A program made the position numbers and the translations under genes. Shown piece by piece: positions 27,944 through 36,405 of a stretch of 64,000 nucleotides of DNA. Positions within the stretch are counted from its first letter, which is position 1, and every line of letters begins with the position of its first letter. The stretch comes from Escherichia phage ECO340P1. The notes beneath the pieces are model-generated. The model worked only from the letters and a program-made list of their open reading frames with translations, made no database searches and was not told the DNA's origin. The stretch lies in sequence record OP172791. One strand, written 5' to 3'.

Positions 27944-28279
27944 TTACCCCTTATTCTGTGTACGTTTAACTATGTCATCTAGCATCATTTGGATAGTCGC
28001 ATTCTTGAGGTCCATAATCTTTTCAATTTTTTGCTCAAGGGTGTTATTATTTGCCATTAATGTAGAGTTAATTTGATTTAGCATCTGGGTAAGTTCGGCT
28101 TTAGTTGCATAAGTTGATTCAACAAAGACCAACTTCTTCTCTAGCTCTCGACTTTTCTCCTCCATTTCCTCAAGATCAGAGCCGAATTTATCCATTTTTT
28201 GTTTGAAAAAGAACCAGATGACTCCGATTAAAGGGATTATTGCATCCTTTGCAAGTCCCCATGCTTCTTGAAATTCCAT
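27944..28279 (-). CDS. small membrane-anchored coiled-coil protein
   Basis: N-terminal hydrophobic segment AIIPLIGVIWFFF followed by a charged coiled coil. Confidence 0.35.
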   Translation of the reverse strand: MEFQEAWGLAKDAIIPLIGVIWFFFKQKMDKFGSDLEEMEEKSRELEKKLVFVESTYATKAELTQMLNQINSTLMANNNTLEQKIEKIMDLKNATIQMMLDDIVKRTQNKG

Positions 28280-28288
28280 AGTGATCCC

Positions 28289-28834
28289 TTATTCTGTCGG
28301 TAATGTAGGCCAATCTATAGCGTAAGGATAGTCTTTTTGAAGCGGAACACGATTTAGTTTAACTACATAAACTTGAAGATTTTTAAGATAAGCTAATTCG
28401 TCTTCAGTAGCCATTTCTAAATCTTTAGCATACTGTAAAGGTGTTATAAGTGCTACCGCTGTTTCTTGTAAAGAGCGAATTTTTGCACTAGCTTGTGTCA
28501 TCAACTCTTCACGGGAATACTCTTTATCCTTAAGAGTTAAGGTTTCTAAATCCAGAACCTTGTTCCTAATATCCTCAAAAGTATCTATATTAAAGTCTAC
28601 TTGTGCTATAGAAAGATCTTCAGGGCAAAGTAGTGTAGGATCAGTATTCCAAAACACAATACGATTTTGATCATCAAAAACGACTTTCATTTTATCGTTA
28701 TTGAATTCTGTGCTACGTAAATCATACCAATCGTAACCTTGATCGCAACGAAGAAAAAGAATGTTCTCTGCTTCTACCAATTCTTTTAGTTCAGGGTCTT
28801 CAGGAATATATTTTTTAAAGTTTGTAAATATCAT
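28289..28834 (-). CDS. tail fibre assembly protein (Tfa family chaperone)
   Basis: C-terminal region APLQYAKDLEMATEDE...YVVKLNRV...IDWPTLP parallels the lambda Tfa C-terminus (APLQDAADLEIATKEE...LLNRV...IEWPAVP, recalled from memory). Confidence 0.8.
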   Translation of the reverse strand: MIFTNFKKYIPEDPELKELVEAENILFLRCDQGYDWYDLRSTEFNNDKMKVVFDDQNRIVFWNTDPTLLCPEDLSIAQVDFNIDTFEDIRNKVLDLETLTLKDKEYSREELMTQASAKIRSLQETAVALITPLQYAKDLEMATEDELAYLKNLQVYVVKLNRVPLQKDYPYAIDWPTLPTE

Positions 28835-29896
28835 TTAGCCTCCAATATCGTACCAGTTTCCGTTAACGTTGCGCTGGAGGCGTTTGAAGTAAACCCCACC
28901 GATGTTATCCGCAGAGCTACGTCCTGTTTCCTGTACGATAATACCAGAAAGAACATAACCAGAAGAACAGATATAAGTCCAAGAAACCTCGTTCCCTGGT
29001 GGATAATACACACCTTGGCTAGTATAACGAATATCTCTTACAAAGGTTCCGTTAGCATAATTGTAGTTATTTGTAATCTGACTTTGATGATTACTTTCTA
29101 CATTGTTTATACGGGAAGAAAGGTTGCTGTTAACATTATTCAAGTTATTTTGAACAGTGTTAATATTCGTCTGCAATGTGTTCTGAAGGGAAGTCAAACG
29201 AGAGTTCAGATAATCTAAACGAACTAAAGCATTTCCGTTAGAAGTATCTTGTCCACTGTTTGATCTTGGATTATCTATTAGAACATAACCTGCATCATAT
29301 AAACGAACACCTGCCGATACACTACCTGTGCTAGGATTTCTACGATAAATATAAAGCTGACCTCCGCTTTGATACTCGGCAGAAATCTCACCATTTGTTT
29401 GTCCTGCAAAGTTTTTGAAGAACAGTGTTGCAGGATCTGTTGTGGAAGTACCGTTAACATAAACATCGCCACCATAAATAGCACCACCCGCATCACGTTT
29501 TACCAGCACGTTTGGTGTTACTGTTGAACTAGTGGCATCTGTAATGTTTGCCGACAAGTGATTATGACTGTTATCTTGAACCTGGATAGATAAAGTAACT
29601 TCTTTGTTACCGTTCCAAGTGGCCTCACCAGTAGCATCACCTGCCATTGTAATCTTAGTTCCCACTAAAGGCAAGTAGGTATTAGGTAAAGTTGGAAGAA
29701 AATCATCCACCAAATAGCGAATCCATAAACCGATATTATTAAGAATCCAGTTCATTTCTTCGCAAGTCATGATTTGACCATAATCCATACCAACTGTGCG
29801 GATGGTTTCTTTAGGTCTAATTTTGTTTGTGTTTAAAGTTCCTGGGAGCGTTACAGTTTGTGTAGCCCAGTCAGGATAATATATTGGCTTCGCCAT
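28835..29896 (-). CDS. tail fibre protein
   Basis: 353 aa, N/S/T/Q-rich, immediately upstream of the Tfa gene. Confidence 0.55.
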   Translation of the reverse strand: MAKPIYYPDWATQTVTLPGTLNTNKIRPKETIRTVGMDYGQIMTCEEMNWILNNIGLWIRYLVDDFLPTLPNTYLPLVGTKITMAGDATGEATWNGNKEVTLSIQVQDNSHNHLSANITDATSSTVTPNVLVKRDAGGAIYGGDVYVNGTSTTDPATLFFKNFAGQTNGEISAEYQSGGQLYIYRRNPSTGSVSAGVRLYDAGYVLIDNPRSNSGQDTSNGNALVRLDYLNSRLTSLQNTLQTNINTVQNNLNNVNSNLSSRINNVESNHQSQITNNYNYANGTFVRDIRYTSQGVYYPPGNEVSWTYICSSGYVLSGIIVQETGRSSADNIGGVYFKRLQRNVNGNWYDIGG

Positions 29897-29905
29897 TTAA
29901 ACTCC

Positions 29906-30535
29906 TTAATCTATTTGCTTGAGAAGCGTACACATGCGTCCTGTTTCATCCCCAGTAGATTCCATGTACAGGGAACCTAAACCACCAATACCATGAGGCG
30001 GTTTGGTAGCATAATAAGAACTAAAACCAAAAGCTGATCCTGCTTTTGCTCCAAGACGGTAGCTACTAATAATAGGGAAAACACTTAGCAACTGCTCTAA
30101 AGCTTGATCAGATTGAAGACACAGGTTGTAGAAAAACACATCAAAGGTTTTATTCAAACCTACGTAAGTATTAAGCGTTTCACGCTCTGTTCCTGTGAAA
30201 CGGGCGAAGATATCAATTATGTCGCCACGAGTCCCCGATGAGGCTACGCGGTAAGCCCTGATTTTTAATATTGTTCTATACTCTTCATCATCAGAGCCAT
30301 TACGTTCGATCCCCATTTCTTCCCCTAGAATATCTAGGTATTTGCCTGTGGCTGTAGAGATCAAGCGGTGTTTAGCAAGATAGATCATTGCCTGATCTAT
30401 CTTTTGCTTTTCACTGGATACGATGTAGAGGAGCTTGACAATGTTAGGAGAAGATTTAAAATCTTCAATCAGAAGGTTTTTAACATCTTCATTGATACTG
30501 GCCCAAGTTGTTACATGGTCAACACTCACTGCCAT
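29906..30535 (-). CDS. putative baseplate protein
   Basis: 209-aa ORF between baseplate J-like and fibre genes; assignment by position only. Confidence 0.35.
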   Translation of the reverse strand: MAVSVDHVTTWASINEDVKNLLIEDFKSSPNIVKLLYIVSSEKQKIDQAMIYLAKHRLISTATGKYLDILGEEMGIERNGSDDEEYRTILKIRAYRVASSGTRGDIIDIFARFTGTERETLNTYVGLNKTFDVFFYNLCLQSDQALEQLLSVFPIISSYRLGAKAGSAFGFSSYYATKPPHGIGGLGSLYMESTGDETGRMCTLLKQID

Positions 30536-30537
30536 TT

Positions 30538-32025
30538 TTACACTCCATACTCGTAAGAAATGTTATCAAGGTCAAAAGAAGGGACAACATTATAAGCAGG
30601 AACTATATTATTCTCTGTATATTTACTGTCATCCTCAGTATTAAGTTTAACATAAACACGAAGAGAAGTCAAGCGTCCAAAAGCAAGTGCTGCATAAATA
30701 ACACCTTTGATTTGATCGTTCGTTACTGAAGAACCTAACTCAAAGTAAGCTTGCAGGTTTTGCAAAGCTTCTACGATGTTTTGTTTTTCTGTTCCACTTA
30801 AAGTTGTTCCGTTGACAGTTTGATAAACAAGTTTTACGGAATACATAGCAGAAGCACCAGGAGAGAAGCGAATAATTTCTTGTCCTCCATCTTCTGTTGT
30901 AACTGTTATGTTAGTTGTTCCGTGTGTCAAAGTGTTGATTGGTTTGGTTTTATAGATAACATTTGCAATTTCTTCTGCACTGCCACCATAAACTATAGTC
31001 TGGAAAGTCATAGCTGGAGCATGTTCTTGATCGTGTAATGTGGGGTTATCGTAGATTTTCACTTTGGTAACACCATCTGTAAGCAGCAGTGCTTTCACAA
31101 TAGCTGCTCGTGTCCCCGCATTAGCTTCATCCACATTATCATTGAAACGAGAGCGGAATTCTGCATCTGTCTCAACATCTCGACCAGGAGAAAACGAATA
31201 GAAGTTACCACTATCAAGATAACCTGTAAAGGTAGAAGATATCCCTGTAATAGACTCCACACCCACCGGATTGTATCCTTTCTCTGCTGCAACTACCGGA
31301 ATTTCACTCCATTTGGTTCCAACTGGAACACTAGCATAAAATTTGATAGGAGTTACTAGTCCCACTGGAGTATCGCTGGTTAAAGAAGTAAAACCAATTG
31401 ACAAGTTACCAGAATCAGAAAATACAAGACTACGATCAGCTTCTGTTAAATTCGCCTTGATAAAAGTTTCAAGATCGGTTATAAATGTAGAAGAACCAGG
31501 TGCAAGTGTTTTACTGTTTAGTCCTCCATCCACCGCACTTTGTGCATAAAAAGTAATATTTGGAACACCTGTAGCAGTTGCATTAGCACGGGAGATTTGA
31601 TAAGCTGCAATCTTAGCATTCAACATAGTTGGTGTGCTAACATAGTAGTTCATATCACTATCAGAGTTGAAATAAATATCTGTGCCTAGCTCATAAGTCC
31701 AAGCTGCTTTGTTATTACTCTTAACATATGCATAACCTGTACTTGCTGCTGCACCTGCTCGATAGAAACCGCGTTTAGAAAAGATTTCATCAAGATAAAT
31801 ACCTTCTGCACCATCCAGTGTTTGAGTATTATAAACACCTTGCATACCTTCCCACAATGTGTAATCTGTGTATGCAATTATTCTAAACAGTTGTCCGATC
31901 ACAGTATCTTCCGAAGTGGCTGCATCTGCACCAAATGTGTTTTTTACTGCTGTCATGTAGTTGTTTAAAACATCGTCAAAAGTCGGGATTACAAATCCCG
32001 CATCTGTCAAACCATATTCGTCCAT
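30538..32025 (-). CDS. baseplate J-like protein
   Basis: 495 aa; N-terminal region resembles Baseplate_J family starts; position in the baseplate block. Confidence 0.5.
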   Translation of the reverse strand: MDEYGLTDAGFVIPTFDDVLNNYMTAVKNTFGADAATSEDTVIGQLFRIIAYTDYTLWEGMQGVYNTQTLDGAEGIYLDEIFSKRGFYRAGAAASTGYAYVKSNNKAAWTYELGTDIYFNSDSDMNYYVSTPTMLNAKIAAYQISRANATATGVPNITFYAQSAVDGGLNSKTLAPGSSTFITDLETFIKANLTEADRSLVFSDSGNLSIGFTSLTSDTPVGLVTPIKFYASVPVGTKWSEIPVVAAEKGYNPVGVESITGISSTFTGYLDSGNFYSFSPGRDVETDAEFRSRFNDNVDEANAGTRAAIVKALLLTDGVTKVKIYDNPTLHDQEHAPAMTFQTIVYGGSAEEIANVIYKTKPINTLTHGTTNITVTTEDGGQEIIRFSPGASAMYSVKLVYQTVNGTTLSGTEKQNIVEALQNLQAYFELGSSVTNDQIKGVIYAALAFGRLTSLRVYVKLNTEDDSKYTENNIVPAYNVVPSFDLDNISYEYGV

Positions 32026-32288
32026 TAGTCATCCTCTTTGGTAGATTGTGATCTGCCCCAACGTAAATCAATAAGATTTTTCATGAGGCGAGAAGGGGTT
32101 ATCATGAAAACAAAAGCCCAACCCATCCATTCAGGAATTTCTTTTTCTATTCCTAAAAAGATAAACATGCCTGTCATAACCGACATGCCTACAGCGTTCC
32201 AGACTTTCGTAGAGCTTACCCCGTTGCCGGGGTAAGTGCAGAACATTCCACGAATAAATTTTTTAAAACCGTTTTTCTCTTTAGCCAT
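32025..32288 (-). CDS. small two-TM membrane protein (holin-like)
   Basis: 87 aa with two hydrophobic segments and a charged C-terminus RWGRSQSTKEDD. Confidence 0.3.
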   Translation of the reverse strand: MAKEKNGFKKFIRGMFCTYPGNGVSSTKVWNAVGMSVMTGMFIFLGIEKEIPEWMGWAFVFMITPSRLMKNLIDLRWGRSQSTKEDD

Positions 32289-32309
32289 GAGTACCTCTAA
32301 GTGAGATAT

Positions 32310-32337
32310 AAAGATTGAAATACCGCCTAAGCGGTAT
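32310..32337 (-). terminator. hairpin with T-tract just upstream of the holin-like gene
   Basis: Minus-strand ATACCGC-ttag-GCGGTAT followed by TTTCAATCTT. Confidence 0.4.
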
Positions 32338-32624
32338 TATTTACTTTCTAGGGTTGCAAGCCTTTCTTCAAGAGCTTTTAACTTTTTACGTTGATAAGCC
32401 ATCTCAATAAAAAACATTTGGTCAGCGCGGATACCCCATCGCGATCCTGCTGGAGTTATTTCGATAGTTTCTACAACATCTTCTACGATTGTTACTGGAT
32501 TACCTTACAACCTTCCCCTTCATCAAATAAAGGGATTTCTTTTTGTCCCGTAACAACACTATCGTACATAACAGGGTATTCATCATAACACAGAAAAGCA
32601 TACTTACAATCTTAGTTATTTTAT

Positions 32625-34235
32625 TTATACTATATTGATGGTCCCCGATATACTTATGGCTCTTGCTGAACCGTCAGATACATCTGTCCAGTGTGCGTAC
32701 CGAGTAGTTCCATCTATGAATGTTAATAAGAACTTAGCTGTATTATCTGACACCACCTCTAAGGAAACATCGTATAATTGTTTAGCTGAGTTTGCTGTAG
32801 CATAGTAAAATGCGTACAGGCCGCCCCTAACTGTACCTCCAAATCCAGATTTAATGCCATAAACAGGAGCTATATTTACAATTACATCACCTGTTGCTGA
32901 CGGTATAGCTGCTACTGTTGTAGCTATGGAAAAACTTAATGTGTTATACCATATTCCAGAGGTCAGAGTTTGGCTCGACATCGTTACACCATCAGCACTT
33001 GCAAGAACAGCCCCTGAATTGGGTCCAAAGGTCATTCCTGTACGCATTTTTTCAGCATATCCATAACCTGAAATGTGATTTCTGGCTATCCCTGAATTGT
33101 TTTCAAATGAAATCCATATGTCTGTTACATATTGCTCACCCGAAACCTGAAAATCTTTTATTGTCGATCTTTGAGTCGTGGTGATCATTGGTAAGGTACT
33201 TTTTGCTACTGTGTCATGTCTGGACGGTAATACAAGAATCCCATCAAGAACGCAGTCCCATGCATCACAAATTACACCAACCCCACCATTACTTCTAGAT
33301 GGTGCATTATTGGTGTTTTTCCTTACCGGAGTATCAAGAATAATATTTGAATATGTAGAAAAACCTGCGTTCTCTGTGATTACGATACCAACATTCATCT
33401 TCCCCATCACGCCTACGCGATTATCAACAGTGTTTCCCCAGGGGTGTGCTTTATCAACCACATTTGCGCTCTTATTAAACTTTAGCCCAATTGAATAACC
33501 AACTGGCGAAAGTTCACTAAACCAACTGTCAGTTGAATTACTTTCAAATCCTACAGAGTTATCAAGCCTTGTATTTGCTACAACCATCGTGAATTTGCTG
33601 GCTTTTCCTTCGTAGTTGTTCGTCTCATAGAACCCGCCATTATTAAAACCGATGATTGCCCCTCCTTCGTAAGTCCATCCGTAGCAATGGCGAACACAAA
33701 CACCTTTAGCAGAAATACCTGTTGTGTAATCCTCTGCTACTAAGAAGAGGTTATAGCAATTTGTTTTGTTAGCTTTAGTAAAGTGATGGGAACTGCTGTA
33801 TGTAGGAGTATCTGCTCCACCATCCATTATATAAGCATATTCAGCAGTTAATCCTGACTTAACTTTAGCTACAGCGTTCCATCGCACAGTTACATTCTCT
33901 TTGTGCATAATAGGAAGGGATGTAAAGAGTATGTCCTCATTGACGAATAGTGTTCCACCACCATTAGCTGACAACTCAGACATCGCGGCGTTAAAACCTT
34001 CTTCTCCGGCCCCCCATCCCCGTACATCACCTTCATCTCTCCAGCGTGACATTTGAAGTTCTGGGTACTTGGTAGCTCCAGAAATATCTTTTAACTGGGT
34101 GGCTAAAACCACCCCAGTGTCAGTAAGAAAGTTGGAAACTGTGCTTTTAACAGTCTTATCAGGTTGGTCTAAAACCAGGTAATCAGAACCATTAACTTTT
34201 GATGTTTCGGGTAAATTAGTAATTGTAGTTGACAT
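32625..34235 (-). CDS. tailspike / tail fibre protein
   Basis: 536 aa; N-terminus TITNLPETSKVNGSDYLVLDQ typical of tailspike adaptor regions; Gly/Asn/Thr-rich body. Confidence 0.55.
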   Translation of the reverse strand: MSTTITNLPETSKVNGSDYLVLDQPDKTVKSTVSNFLTDTGVVLATQLKDISGATKYPELQMSRWRDEGDVRGWGAGEEGFNAAMSELSANGGGTLFVNEDILFTSLPIMHKENVTVRWNAVAKVKSGLTAEYAYIMDGGADTPTYSSSHHFTKANKTNCYNLFLVAEDYTTGISAKGVCVRHCYGWTYEGGAIIGFNNGGFYETNNYEGKASKFTMVVANTRLDNSVGFESNSTDSWFSELSPVGYSIGLKFNKSANVVDKAHPWGNTVDNRVGVMGKMNVGIVITENAGFSTYSNIILDTPVRKNTNNAPSRSNGGVGVICDAWDCVLDGILVLPSRHDTVAKSTLPMITTTQRSTIKDFQVSGEQYVTDIWISFENNSGIARNHISGYGYAEKMRTGMTFGPNSGAVLASADGVTMSSQTLTSGIWYNTLSFSIATTVAAIPSATGDVIVNIAPVYGIKSGFGGTVRGGLYAFYYATANSAKQLYDVSLEVVSDNTAKFLLTFIDGTTRYAHWTDVSDGSARAISISGTINIV

Positions 34236-34243
34236 TTTTACTC

Positions 34244-36397
34244 CTATATATAAAATTTTTGTGTTGTTACTAAATCTTCTCCAGATTTAGTGGCTAATGT
34301 AATTCCACTTATGGTGGCAATCTCAACATTTACCTGTTTAAGAGTGATATCCTGTAAATAAACGTTCAAAGGCACGTTACCCATATAGAAAACTTGGGAT
34401 TGAGAATTAACTACCGTGATAGAATCGTGCATTATTTGAGGATAGGCCCATATATATTGTGTAAGTCCATTGAACTTATTGGCGTTCAACACTATGTTAC
34501 CTATAATCATCTTCCAAAGATATGTGCGGTAGTTTGATTCAGGATCAAAGCCATACAAAGGTGCAAGAGTAGCATCTGGAACAAAACCTGCAAGATAGTG
34601 AATATCAGAATATTCAAAACCTAATTTTTCATGTGGTATGGTAATTGCATCAAATGCTTTCATCATTTTACCTTCCAGAAGCCAGTCGTAACACTCCGAA
34701 CAGTAAAAATCAAAAGCTTCAGGAATGTAGTAATCAGACGGAAAGTTAACTTTCTCCATCAACCCGTTGCCAATAATTGATGGTAAGAATGGAAGCAATG
34801 TTACTTTAGCTCCTGGATAAGTTGCTCTAGTATCTGTTGCAAACTTTGTAACTCTTAACCCTAGTTTACGAGACAAAAATGCATAGTATTCGTCAAATGG
34901 CGTTCCTGTTTTATAATTATCTATTGTTCCTGCATCTTGTGCAAATAAGCCTGTTTCTGTATTGAATGCCAGTTTGGTAGTGTAATCATATATACAAGGC
35001 ATTTTACTTGCTGTATTATACCACCACCAAGGTTCACCAATTTGAATGACGACTGGAATATTGTTAGCTTGAGAAATAGATGCTATTTTGTTAATAACAT
35101 TTTGCAAATATTCCATACCTTCATCAATTGTTGGAGATAACACATAACTAGGCGGCTCATAACCTGTTGCTGCAAGAGCATCGTTCCAATCATGTTGAAC
35201 CCATTCTACAGGACAAACTGTGCTCATCAACTCAAAACTCAAAGAGTTCATTATTGTGTAGCCATTTTCATTAGCTATAGAATGGAAACTGTTAAGCCAA
35301 GCTTCTGTAGCCGGATTCAGGAAAACAGATCTATTCAAAGCCCAAGATGTTCCGTTCCATGAGAACTCATAATAGTGAGACATTCCGTTGTAATGGTTAA
35401 TCATTCCACGATAACCTAGTGCATATGTATTATAAATAACTCTCTCTGGAGTCAGGTTATACATATCATCATAAGATGTGCACATGCGAATATCATGTTC
35501 AGGCTGGACAAGGTTGCTGACTTTCATCATACTGTAACCAGAAGTAGGTTCAAGAAGAGTGAAAGTAAACCAAGCCTCTTGACTGGCAATAGGCACAATC
35601 TCTTCTATTTCTTCATACCTTGCTGTAATCAAAGAGAAGAAAATATTATCTACAGCACTCATATCCAAAGGAATATCATTATTAGGGCCAGAAAAGATAT
35701 TACCAAAATCTAACTTGATTGTGGCTGTTTTACCATCTTCTGAAATATCTGAAGCGTAGAATCCTAAACTGACATAATGAACACTTTTATCCAAGAGAGT
35801 TACAGTCAAAGTCGGCACCAAAGGTTCTTCTTTAAAACCTGGCATGTTTTGACTAATTTCCATTTTAAACCAAAGTTTCTCTGAACTTAAATCTGTGTGG
35901 GGTAAATACCCAACACCTTTGTGATCATATTTGTCAACTGTGCTCCAGATAACCCCTGCCAAACCTGCTGTTGTTCTGTTTACAAATCTTGCAGTAAAAG
36001 AGTCTCCATGAGATACAATAGAACAACTTTCCGTTGCTTGAGAATCTATTGTCCAATACATAGGAGAGAACATTTTAACGTCTTTTGTAGTCCAAGTTAT
36101 TGGAGTAGTATTTTCTTGGATAGTAGTTATAATACAATTGATGGTTGTTTCAACCATCATGTTATTTTGACTAATCCCTGAAACTTGGAGGGAGAAGTTA
36201 AGATCTATTGAGTTCTTTGGTCGTTCAAATACTTCAACCACAATAGTAGCAGAATCAGCATCATCAGGGAACACAAGTGTTCCCGATTTTGCAATATAAT
36301 CTCTACCAGCGACTGCTGTTCCATCAACAGTCGTGTAGTTAAATGAACTCGCATTTACTCTCTTGTCTCGCGTGACAGTAAATATAGCTTGTTTCAT
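34244..36397 (-). CDS. tail-associated protein with N-terminal Calx-beta domain
   Basis: FTVTRDKRVNASSFNYTTVDGTAVAGRDYIAKSGTLVFPDDADSATIVVEVFERP fits the Calx-beta signature. Confidence 0.55.
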   Translation of the reverse strand: MKQAIFTVTRDKRVNASSFNYTTVDGTAVAGRDYIAKSGTLVFPDDADSATIVVEVFERPKNSIDLNFSLQVSGISQNNMMVETTINCIITTIQENTTPITWTTKDVKMFSPMYWTIDSQATESCSIVSHGDSFTARFVNRTTAGLAGVIWSTVDKYDHKGVGYLPHTDLSSEKLWFKMEISQNMPGFKEEPLVPTLTVTLLDKSVHYVSLGFYASDISEDGKTATIKLDFGNIFSGPNNDIPLDMSAVDNIFFSLITARYEEIEEIVPIASQEAWFTFTLLEPTSGYSMMKVSNLVQPEHDIRMCTSYDDMYNLTPERVIYNTYALGYRGMINHYNGMSHYYEFSWNGTSWALNRSVFLNPATEAWLNSFHSIANENGYTIMNSLSFELMSTVCPVEWVQHDWNDALAATGYEPPSYVLSPTIDEGMEYLQNVINKIASISQANNIPVVIQIGEPWWWYNTASKMPCIYDYTTKLAFNTETGLFAQDAGTIDNYKTGTPFDEYYAFLSRKLGLRVTKFATDTRATYPGAKVTLLPFLPSIIGNGLMEKVNFPSDYYIPEAFDFYCSECYDWLLEGKMMKAFDAITIPHEKLGFEYSDIHYLAGFVPDATLAPLYGFDPESNYRTYLWKMIIGNIVLNANKFNGLTQYIWAYPQIMHDSITVVNSQSQVFYMGNVPLNVYLQDITLKQVNVEIATISGITLATKSGEDLVTTQKFYI

Positions 36398-36405
36398 TTT
36401 ACCCC

